DNA of 64,000 bases from Raillietiella orientalis (Eukaryota), in NCBI GenBank assembly GCA_036172245.1, contig JAYWIR010000002.1, forward strand, positions 6,758,001 to 6,822,000. Direction: 5' to 3'. Under the pieces are notes generated by a model. It saw only the letters and a program-made list of their open reading frames with translations, searched no databases and was not told where the DNA came from. A program made the position numbers and the translations under genes. Shown here piece after piece: positions 24,401 through 36,400 of the stretch. Each line of letters opens with the position of its first letter. Position 1 is the first letter of the stretch.

Positions 24401-27400
24401 TTCCAAGGTTTCAAGAACTTTGGAAACCTCGGTCAGTCCAAGACGCCATCTGTGTGGAAAATGTCGGAAACTCAAGGAACGGTTCCACCGAACGAGGATG
24501 TCGGCATCAAAGTGAAGCTTTGCCTACTGGACCCCAGAGACGTGCAGGACGTGCTGCACGTTTCGATCGAATGCGGCTGTTCTCACGAAGTCGCGCTAAC
24601 GGCTCGTGGCGTCGGATCGAGTATTGTCATGAAACCTCCTCTGGCACCCGTCTATGACGTCGGAACGGTTTTCTGGTATTGTGCTTCATACTTTAGAAAG
24701 CCTTTAACTTTCATCCCCCAAGTAAAAAAGAGGTCAACGTACCCATAGAAATGCGAAATTGTGGAAAGAAATACCACCTGCTGATGTGGAACACGGAGGG
24801 CTACACTAGTTTATATTGGAAGCACCAGGTTTGCCCACCTATCCGTCCTTTCCCATAATGATGCTCCTGTGTGTTTTTGGAGTGCGTTTTGTTGTGTCGT
24901 GCGGCCTCGCGTGAACGCGGCGACTGGCGACAAGTGATTTCGTAGGCAGAGCGTCGTCTTCCTCCAAGATCGTTGCCGCGCAGGCACACTCGGTCGTCCT
25001 CTCCGAGTTCCTCAAGCGAGCGTTTCCGTCTCTTGAACATTCTGTCTGTCCCAACTGATTCTTTCACCTCCTAGGCGGTTGAAACCTCATTCATCTCGAA
25101 TGGAGCACTCCCCATGTGCTCCGGAACGCTATGGAATGCTTTTCCAAGATTGCATTTCGACTTTCAGGGTTATTATCACACATGCGTCAACTTGGGAATC
25201 TCTACGTCTGTCTTAAGAGCTTGTGCAGCCGCGGGAGGATGCGTAAAAGCAACCACACGCATCAGTGATTTTCCTCACATTTGGTTTTCCTCGCGCAAGG
25301 AGATTGGTTGCAGTTCACCTTCCCCGATTCTTAGTTTCATAGCTAAGGGTCCAGGGATCCTCCCCGAAAGGATTTCATTTTGGGTGGGATTTTCGCACAC
25401 TTGAAACATTGAAGCATTGCTGAGGCGAAGGAAATTGCTCGTACTTGCATTCACGTTAAATTAAAAAAAAAAAAAAAAAGGTAAATTGGTTCGTTGCATG
25501 TTCAACTGATCAGAGCAGACGGCGACTAAGATCGAACTTTTAAGAGACCGAGCCGATCCTTGGAAACTTTGATATGAATTCCTCATCTGAGATACGCCTT
25601 GTGGGAACACAGCCCTCTACGAAATAGAAGTCTCTATGAAGGAAGAACCGATAGCTTTCTGAAATGCAGCAACGGCCATGCCCCAAAGTGTGAGGGAAGC
25701 GGATCGTTTGTAAACACTCTGGTATTTGGGGGACCATGAAAAAAGGGCGGAAGCGCACAGGGAGAGGATCTTGCTCTCATTCGAACAACAGACATCAGGG
25801 TCGGAATAAATTTTCGCACTTTCACTCTCAGATGAGTTCTGCGGAAGCGACTTAAAGAGAGATAGGTCGCAGTGCGGACCGCTTCCGTACGTCGAGGATG
25901 CAGGAAACCGAGAATGCAAGAATCATGCATCTACCGAGTAGTTACGTGAAAAATCCTTGCGTGTGTTAAGTAAAAGAGATGTCAAGATGCTGAGAGCAAG
26001 GGGAATTCGAATGCGCTGAAATAACCTCACGAGATCATGACGCTCCAGGTGCATGAGCTCTCTCTCAAGCGGAACAGAAAATGGGAATGTGCTGCCACGT
26101 TTCATGGGGGAAAGGGGGTGGTGGTTATAGGTTTATGGAGATAACGGGATGCTGGTGACAAGCAGTAGGTAAGAGGGATGGCATTTCGCCAGTTCTGCGA
26201 TCGCTTTAATAAGAGCAAATTATACAATTAGAAAAGAGGAAGTCAACCACCGTCTTCCGGAAAAGGAGTTTTAACACGTAGCATCTAAAACCCTTCTGTT
26301 AAAACTTCCAAGAAGCTCTGCTCTACGTTTGAAAGAAAGATGACTGGAGCAGATCGTCCCCATCGTATTCGGAAGACCACACTTGACTGCTCGACAGACT
26401 TTCGAGCAGGAGTTTGGATTCACTTTGTACTCAGCTGCAATTAACCTAAGATATGCACAGATAGAGTCGGTGCATCACCAAAGCAAATGAAGAAACGAAA
26501 AGCTTGCGGAAGGATGAAATACCGAGCACGTGGAAACGGAGCAGTGTTAGAAGATTCTCTCGTTTTCCATAAGTCCCCCAGTTGACTCTCGCAGTCGCAA
26601 AACCAAGGGTGTGTGCCATGCTTGAACGTTGTCGGTTCCTTGAAAATCATGCAAAAAAAACGAACGAGAGGGGGGGAAGGGAACCCCACTCGCTTGCTGC
26701 TCTCTTGCTTTTTGTAAAGTTGTTTGTCAAGGCGGCACGAGATGGCGCGAGATGTCGGGAGAATCCGAGATACCGCTCTCCCAGCGTGCTTCAACGCAAG
26801 GTTCTCCGATGCCTACGGTGCGTAGAAATCTTGTCGAGACCCGGGCTCTGAAAAATCCAAGCTTCATCATGTCATGGATGCGTCTTGAGAATGGACAGCT
26901 TAAACCGCTGGCACGCTTTTAGCTGTTTATCGGTGGGAAGCGCTCCGTTTGTCCACATCGCTTTCACCGATGAATGCAGCAAACTCGCGGGAGCGATGGA
27001 CATCAGAATCACACAAAAGGCAGTAAAGCGAGCGAATTTTCGATGAGACAGATGTGACCTTGTACCGACAGCGATCCAAAGGAAGGTGCAGGAAAGCGTG
27101 GCATCAGAAGTGTCGGTCGTGACTAGAAGAGAAGGAATCAGGAGGTCGGTGGAAAGGTCAAGGTTGACAAGCTTGAAAACGGATGTTGCTATTGTTGGTA
27201 GGAATGCAAAGGTTCTCTCCGAGGGAAGATAATAAGATGCTGAAGTTTGGAGCTGAACCTTTTGATATGATGGAGACAACAATCTTCCGCGACGTTGTGG
27301 AAGGGAGAGAGTGGTTAAGAAGAAAATGGGCATATAAAATTTGACAAAAGCCAAAAGAAATTAAAGTCGATGGAGGAATTAAGAAAGGGTGAAGCGGGTC

Positions 27401-30400
27401 ACTGCAAAGTGGCAAGTTGCACAGCTCTCTAGAATAGGGTTAGGTGTTTCCCAATGAGCAGGCAAAATTAGCTAGTGGTCTTCCTTTTCCTCCCTTTCCC
27501 ACAAGCATCTGAGCTTCTGTCCGTGCTTCTCTTGGTTCTTGCGGAACGTTCATTCCGCGGCAAGTCGCTCGTCATCCATTGCTGTCGGTTTCTTCACCAT
27601 CCTCCTCTCCGTTTCTCGAGAATAACAGGTTTAAATCAATGTGTTGTAATACATGGCACAATGGCATATCAAACCATGATTTGCTGCCAAGGCATCAAAT
27701 TGTGTGGATGGCATCAAAACTATCTGGACATAAAGGATGGAACAGAACCTACACACGGCTCTCCCCAAACACATCCGACTTCTGCTCGTCATTGTGTGTG
27801 CATCTCTCGCCACCGTGCATACTCGATGCTCCAACATTCATCTGCTTTCTGCTTTATTTATTGAGTTTTTTTTTTTTTTTTTTCTTTCGTTAACTTTCTC
27901 TCACTGAAAATCCTCACGGAGACTTGCTATGCTGCAGCCAAGCGGTTGTGTAACTATTTTCAACCCAATTAGCGAGCTGTCCAAAACTTCACGAGAATGT
28001 CCGTCCGCGGACGAGACGAAGTGCGTTCTCCGTGTTTTCCGAAGCAAAGCTTACCTTATGAGTCGAGGTAGTTGTGGTGCGACTCACGGAATGGCCTCCT
28101 TCGTTAAAACGCCAATGCGAAATGGTATACAGATGGTCCTCTGAGGTGTGTGTGCACATGAGTATCGCGCGCGTGAATTTTTTCTTTCCCTTTTCGTCTC
28201 TAGAAAATCATCATGTTCCCTTGGCACTAAGCTCCGAGCACTGGAAAACTGAAGCGCGCTCTCTCTTGGGGCATCTTCCAGTTCATTGGCACCGACAGTG
28301 AGCGATGGCACGGAAACATCCTCAAGTTCAAATCGAGTTAATTGCGAAAGTAGAGGATGCGTTCCCACTCAGAGATGCGGCGTTCTGAGCCTAACCGAAT
28401 GAAATGCATGTACGGCTTTGTGGTTTCGGCTCTTGCTCTCTGTCTCCAAGTGGCTGATCTTAATCAAGAGCTCACGGTCCATTTTCTGTGTGATCTCTCT
28501 TTTCTTCAGTCCCTCACCGGGTTCATCCACGCCGAAAAGTACCATGTACTCACCCGTGTACTCCTGCGGTGCCCCATAACCACGTGCTGAGAAATTGCTT
28601 GATCTTCCGTCTACCTTCATTTTTTTTTGATCCTTTGTTCGCCGTCAAATTATCTTCGTCAAATTATCTGAGAAACAGTCGATCTCCTGTCTCGTTTAAT
28701 AGCTCCCTATTCTTCTGTGCACTCCACTCGGCGGTTTCCTGCCTTAAGGGAACAAGGGCACGCATTCCTAATCTGTGAAATTCCCCTGGAGTTTCTATTC
28801 CAAGAACCTCGTCTTGACCTCACTGATAACCTCCTCACACTTCCACTTTTTTTGTCTGTGCATGTCATCCTTCGCTAGGACTGGCCAAAATGAGGACAAA
28901 TTTCCATCTCGCATTTTAGCTAGTTCAGCAGCGGTGTTCTTGCCCTGCTCCGTTTCCGGCGTCCCTAGCCTCGTAGGTCCAGGGAAGGTACCATGAGCAC
29001 ACGTTTGCGTACCACGGTCACTGCATTTTCGTGTTCGGCGCTCCCTTCTCCGATTCCCGACCTGCACGAGTTTCAGGTATCAGCGAGGAAGTCTTCCTGG
29101 AGTCAATTCGCTTTCCGAATCGTCTTCGTCACCTCGTGTTCTGAAATCCCGGAGTCAAGGTCGGCGTCGTCAACTTCCTCTTTCTACCGATCTCGCACGT
29201 TTCTCCTGGAGCCCAAGTGCGCTTTCTCCAGCAGTGTTTGTAGCCTTCCTAAAGATTTTAAAAGACTTTCCAACTTCGGTGCCGCCGTTTGCAGATTGGG
29301 GGAACCCTCTCTCGGTGCTGCGTCCGATTTCACGGCAACTGCTTGCCTGCTGCAGCACACCTATGACATCTAAAGGGACGTCGAGTAACTATCGTGTCGA
29401 AGAAGGACGAAACACGCGTGAATACACGCCTCGAAAAGTGCTGGCAAACGTGTGTTGTTTGTCACCACTTCTACGCTCGAAGCAGCCTGCAAATGAATTC
29501 AAAAAAAAAAAAAAAAAAATTAGGGCGAAAAAGGAAAATTATAAAGGAGGCACACGCTATCTTTGATGCAAAAAGAAAGAATTGCCTGAAGCTCGTATGG
29601 AACACTTTTGTGTATTTCTTATTTCGCCGTGTTCTTCCATGAATTTGCTGGTCGAAGAGAAAGGTTTCTTTCCTGTGCTTGTCGCTAGCCATGCTACACT
29701 AGAACACAACCTACAGCAACGATCGATTTTGCATTACTTCTAGGGTCAGCAAATGACTTCTTTTTTCTCGTGAAAAACACTGTTGAGAGACAGAGAGAGA
29801 GAGAAAGAAAGAGGGGGGGGGGGGAAAGGAGGAACACAAAACGGACGAAAAATTTTCATGTGTTACCATCTTTGCATGCAAGTGATCGTATTCACATAGC
29901 ATGGGCAGAGCTTTTTTACCGATGCACCGTGGTGTTCGATTCAACATTGCTCAGTGCCTACGTCCGTTGCTGTAACCAAGCGTGGAAGGGGGTTGCACTC
30001 GGGACGTACGATGAGCGTTGTATATACACGAAGGAAACAGGGGACGGCTGTCTGTGCGTTTGCACGTGTGCTTTCGCGTTTTCATTGCGTAACGGGCAGA
30101 AGAGCACTTATCCGAAATTCCTCACCATTAAGATAAAATGATTCCATGTCGAAACGAAGACTGCTTTCGTCGATTAGCATCTCGTTCTCAAATGAGCTTG
30201 TCAGGCGGGAAGACCGGGAGACTGGAGTCTGTAGATGCATCAAAACTGAATGACCTCGTTTCGAAAGTGACGTGAAATCGGCAAACACGGTCGGTAACCT
30301 CGACCATGAGCCGAAGCCATGCAGGGGACTACGACTCTGACTACTAAACGAAAGGCGATTAGTTGGATTGCACCTGACCCAATTTCGATTTTTGTACAAT

Positions 30401-33400
30401 GGTATCCGGGGGCTCTCGGAGACAACCCTGTGATTGAAGATGATCAAACGAACTCGTGATCAACCTTCTCGGAAGTACCTGCTTTTTCGTGTCGGGCAGT
30501 CTGATCAGCTCCCCGCTGAAACTGCGTATCTCGCCGGAAAGTCGGGCACTGTCAGACCTTACAGGGTCACAGGGGGATCATTCAAACCGCGCGAAACCTC
30601 ACGCAGTCTCCTGTTCAGACTTGCTAAGCATTCGGATTGAAAGATTATGCGACGTGAACCTGAGCAGTCACACAAAGACACACACTTTGCATTTCTCAGA
30701 TGCCAGAGGTGAAAGCCCTCCTTTCGGCGAAAGGCAGGAACCTTCGAAATTACTTGCCTGTGTTTTCCATGGAGCCCAAGAGCCTTGAGCTGGGACCTGG
30801 AAGCTCCGCCATTGTGAAATTACGCGGGAGAAGTGAAGAGTAAAGTCGACAAGCATTGGCTGAATCTTATTTCCCCTTCTCCTCGACGTTTCAGACCTAG
30901 GGAAGTCTCGGAAAAATTGTTCTGCTATGAGCTGACGAATCTTGGAGCGAAAACTCTGACCCAGACAGTGACGATCAAGGCGAAATTTGTGACGGCGCAC
31001 CTTGAAGTCAGTCCTTCGTCCCTGCAGTACCAAGTGCTCGTCGACCCTTGCAACCTGAATGGACCCGTCATCATCAGAAGTACCTAAGGGTTGCATCTAG
31101 TCGGGATTCATCGGCGCCTCTTCCTCACAAACTGATCGTTTCAGAGCCTCTGGAAATAAGGAACGCTTGTGACTTGGCTTTGAAGGCGACTGCGAGGACC
31201 AACCCTCCTTTTTCGCTCGCAACTTCCGCAGGAGGGGAGAACAAAGAAAGCGTCTCTTTCGCGCTCCAGCAAAACTCTTCCACCCACCTGACGGTGCTTT
31301 TGTCTCTTGAGAGGGATGGCTGCAAATGCCAGTCATTCGAGATATGCGATCGACTCATCCTAACATGTGAAGATTATCCTGATCTTCAGGTATGAGGCAA
31401 AAGAAGAAGAAGAAATCCCGTCAGCTGTTTCAAAGATTCAAAGAAGTGCGATTGTTTTAGAACGTGGTATCCTTAGAGGCGTGCATATGCACTCCATGCC
31501 TCGAGCTGTCCACGACGATTCTAGATTTTGGGACAATCAGATATTATGCATCCAGGAGTTTGAAGATCGCCTTCAGCAATCCGAATCCATTTCCCATAGA
31601 GTTCGAGTGGAAAATGGTCGGCGAACTTTCCCACGTGGAGATCCAGCACCCGAGCTTTACGGTGGAGGTGATGCTAAGTGAACCACGTGATTATCAGCTG
31701 TGCGCATACAATTAAAGAGCGACTCCTGCTTGGGGATCGGCGAAGGCGTTCCATTCCAGGAAGACGCGGCAGCGGGAGTGGCGTGTCTCCACGCGCTGAA
31801 GAAGAATGCAACCAGTACGAGGAGCAAGGAACCAGAAGACTCGAACCGAGGTGACGTTTCAGCAGCGTCTTCGATGCAGCAGCAGCAACAACAACAACAG
31901 TGGAGTCGAGCCACAAATGAGAACATGGAATTTTATTCCTCAGTGGGATCCCCGACCGAGGACCACCTGCAGCAACCTGCCCCAGACGACCTTAATCTCA
32001 TACTACCATCCATCGCTGCAATGACTTCAGGCCTGATGCCCGATGAGGAGCCATATTTGTTGTCCGATGTGAGCCGAAGAAAGCCATCGGAAGCAAATGC
32101 TGTTTCTCTCGGAATCAGTTTCTAGAAGTGCATCCAAGATTCGGGTCGCTCAGCCCACGGGAGGATGCAGTCACCACCTTCACGTTCCACGGCTTCCCAT
32201 GCATAAAAATGGACGCGCTAATAAGATGCGCTATAACTCGTGGTTTGTCCTACGACGTTCAGCTGAAGGGGAAAACTTCCGTGGCGAGCTTTTGTGTTCA
32301 CCCTTCCACTTCCATTGAGTTGGGGAAAAAGGTGAGCCATTCGACTACCTCTTCTTCACCCCCCCCCCCCCCCCCATTGTATTTTGTGGCTGCAACTTTA
32401 GTCTGCTTCCCTTTCTAGCATTTCAACGAAATTTTCCAATGCGACGTATCCATAGTGAACCTTGGGGGCATCAACTTGGCTTTCCAGCAGCTTGCATCTG
32501 CAAAGCAGTCGTTCGTCCAAGTAACCCCTAGCAGCGAGGTCATAGAAGCAGGATGCCAAACATCTTTGAGAATAGAGTACTACCATGGTGTTCCTGAGGT
32601 GTTCACCGAGATCGTTCATCTACAGGTAGTTTCAAACTTCGCGCTCACCACTTCAAGAAACTGCTTCGGAGATTCTGATTGCTGAAATTTGCCACCTCAG
32701 TAGAAACACTGACGGTCAAGGCTCAATTCCTCACGGTCTAGGTTTCGCCCAAGTCCTGTTGTTGTTGGTCTCAACAGTTTAGGCAGTTCACCTTGAAAGT
32801 TTCGAAACCACCGAGTTCCGCCGGACTCTTTTTTTCCTTCATCGTTCCTTTTTCTTCTATCTTCGCTGTTCGTTCCTCTCTCCGTCTTCCCGATTTCACC
32901 TGATGCCGTCTTTCTTGTCCGTTTGTCTTGTGCAAAGTGGAATCAAGCACAAGATGTCTTCTTTTCTATCCGGGAGTTGACAAAACAGCAACAGCAAGGA
33001 AAAACAAAAAAAAGGAAGGAAGGAAGGAAAGGAAGTTCATTTACTGTTTATCACTGTCTTTCCACTGTTTACTCAAATTTTAATTCAGTGTTTACCCAAC
33101 CAATTTGTTGTTTCCATTTCCTGCCGTTTGATTTTCGCCGAGCAGCTCGAATCCGAAAATCGTAATTCCGCGTTGGTGCGCCGATGCTCGAGGAAGGACC
33201 GATGCTCCGACGGTGAAATGTCCTCGCACTCACCCTGTGCGGAGTGCTGTACGGAGTGTTGAAACCTGTTGCGCGCGAAACGTGAAGAATGCCACTTGAT
33301 CGATTCGAAAGGGAAAGGGTAGGGTAAGTTACCCCCAAAGTCCAATTCCCGGAAGAGTAAACCCGGCTCCCACTCGGAGGCAAATTCGATTGGAAGGAAA

Positions 33401-36400
33401 AGAAATTCGTGGTTTCCGTCTCATTCGAGTCCCTGCGAAATCAGCTTCACGCGTTCGCCTGATCCTCCGCATCTTCCGAAGAACTTCGGTGTTCCAACGA
33501 CGTAATTTTTCTGCCCGCCCTACAAGGCGAAATCGTGGACAGAATCATGCACGAGGAAAGGTGCATGCGTGCAAGCGTTAGGTTTTTCGGGAATCACTTA
33601 CCACTGGTACAAGAACGATTCCTGTTTCTCATGAAGGGAATTTCTGGTTTCGTCGTGGATTGAGACCATCATCCGATTCGGGTTCGGGAGCATCTAGCAG
33701 AAAATTTTCTTCGCAGAAAAAGCTCACCATTCGTACGTCTCGTCTGTCCCCAGACGCATTCGCGCGCGCATTCTTTGTGTTGTCCTTGTAAATGTGCGGA
33801 AATGGCTCCGTCCATCGATTAACGTGCCAGACGCTTAACGATGTACCACTACTCTTGCAATCTGCAAAGAGATGTGATCCCGAACCAGGTCCGGATCAGG
33901 CAGATCTCCAGGCGAATCAAACAACCATCATTTCCAACTTCCACAACCGGGAACGTGCAAGTCCGTTAAAAAAAAAAAAAAAAAAGCAATTGGATTTTTA
34001 TTGAAAGTACTTCAACTTCCATTCAAGTTTTCTGCTTGGATGTTCGGAGTTCTCTTCTAACGGAGCTACACTCAGAACGTTGTCTTTTAAGAGCAGCGCG
34101 GGCGAAGCAGCTTTTCGTGGCAGCCATTGCGAGTATCATTTTGGTGCTGAGAATAGCGCACGCCACTTCCGCGTGCAACCTGCCAGATGAACCAATTTTC
34201 AGTCGCCGAGTCGTCAGCACATCAGAATCGCATCGCAGACTTGCATTTGGTTTTGCTTCTATGTTTCTGACACTTGACTGCTTTCCCCAAACTAGATCAG
34301 TTACCTGGAAACCGTGGAACTCAACTTGTGCGGCAGCTGCATGTATCCGAGACTGTCCTTTAATCTTCCCAGGGATTTCAGCAAGATTTCCATGCAGGAC
34401 ACGTACAAATCCATCGCTTTGATCTCAGGTGAAATGCATTCTTTTGTGGTGCCACGCTAAATACTGGTTGGGCGAATCAGACAGGCGAACCAGCACATTC
34501 ACGGTCGATGTCAAGGAAGAGGAACACGTGTCTGATTCTTCCTGGGTTCTGGTCGGCACTTCGGAAGTACGGTACCGCTCACGGTTTTCGCATTTTGAAA
34601 TGAATGCTTGCACCCAGGAGTACATTCCAAAACAGGAGGAACTGGACATGGAACTAGAGAGGTTTCTGATACACCGGATGTGCTCGGAAATGTTCGACTC
34701 CATGGCAAATAGACCACTGGGCGAAGTGCGCAAAAGCATGAATATGAAATTCAGCCTCCCTGAATACGTTTTGGGTTTGTAGAAAGTCAATTGTAAGGAA
34801 AGGCGCATGCGCTTGCGCGGCTGCAAGGACGGATCAGATTCATTGCGTAGAGGACAGTTCATTTTACAATTTCCTCAGAAAGGGGACAACAGCTGTCCGG
34901 GCAGTCTCGCACGGATGGGTGCGCTTCTGCCAACGACAGCACACTGTCGAAAAGTCGCGAGGAACCGCTAATCTCAGACTTGAAACTTCGTTCTCTTAAG
35001 TTCAGTCACTGATGCAGTAGCTCCCTGCCGACTCGTACTCAGTGGACCAGCCAGTAAAACTTCGAAGCAATACAGCTGAAAGCGTCTTCAGCACGGGCCC
35101 AGAGAGTCTTTGGAATTGCAGTTTTTTGATTCGAATCCTGCGAAGCAGAGAGGAAGGCGATTCCTCCTGCTTTGCAGCAAAACTCCAGCGTCCCAAGCGA
35201 AGTCTCAAAGCACTCCAGGAAACCGGCGGTGAGCAAGCAGAAGCTTGGGCACCCTAGAAAAACCAGCAGCTTTGGATGAAGAAGAACGACGGAGCACTGG
35301 TGGTGCACGTACACAGAGGGACACACAGGTCTGCTAGTACAATCGAAGAAGAAACTCAGCCGTGAACGAGAAACTCTAAGAGTGGGACCTACATGTTCGA
35401 AACCCCACCGATACCACCCAGTGAATGAAGCCAACACGCACACATGTGTACACACAAAAGGTTCGTAGGGATACGCGTTCATCAGAAGAACTGCAAATGT
35501 TCAACAGCCACTCGGGTGAATGCAGTAACTTGCACTGCTTTTGTAAACAGCAATTCAGAGGTCGTTAAGGATGCAATGAGCAACGCCCATGAGGGATGCG
35601 ACCTTTTCGATGTAGATGTTTGTGTATACGAAAGGAAATGCAACCAGACTTATGCGCTTATCAGACAGATGGACCACACCGGGAACGCTGTACGGACTCA
35701 CTTGAAGAAACCATTAAACACAAACATTGACAAATGGATAATCTACGCTGCGCAATAGCGAAGGGGGTTTTCTCCCTCTCCCTCTTTCTCTACAGAATTC
35801 GATGCGATGAAGAAACGATCCGACTCAGGCTATCACGGTGTGACAATAATAGTCTCGATCTTGTTGCCAAGAAGCCCAGTTTCCACGTGATCATTCGAGA
35901 GCATACTTATCAGTGTGCAGAGCGAGAGCGAACGGTTACTTAGAGCGATAGGTGTGCTTAGCAGGGGTGGTAGGCGGTCGCGTTGCTGCCACTCAAGTCC
36001 GAAGAGAAGAAAAAGGCGAAGGAGAGCATTCAGTACAGCACTGTTTATGGGAGGACCCACTAGGCTTCGCTTTGGAGTCGTCAGCCATCGGAATCGCGGC
36101 TTCTTGGACGTTCGCTCAGCAGCTTCGTTCGAAACCATCAGACTCGGCAGGGCCTGACTGCTGTAAAGGCAGCAAAGTTACGACTGAGGGCGAAGACGCT
36201 TTACGTGGGGCAGAAATGAACCAGGAAGTGTCTAAAGTCCCTCTAATGACAGCCCTCGACAGACAAACAGGAAGCTGAAGGCATTGGAATTTAGCGTCAT
36301 CACAATCTCCGGCTGTTCTGCAAACAAACGAAGCAAACGGATATTCCGAAGTCTGTTCTTCGGAATAGGCAAGGCAGCGCCTGCTGCTGATGCTCTTGCT

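Noticed and set aside
28204..28297. Exon-like 94-nt block with strong splice sites and the right phases for a HYDIN exon, but with stops (would imply a pseudogene)
   Set aside because: The true exon is 24723-24828 (stop-free, better homology). This block is the antisense of the LINE ORF1 remnant.
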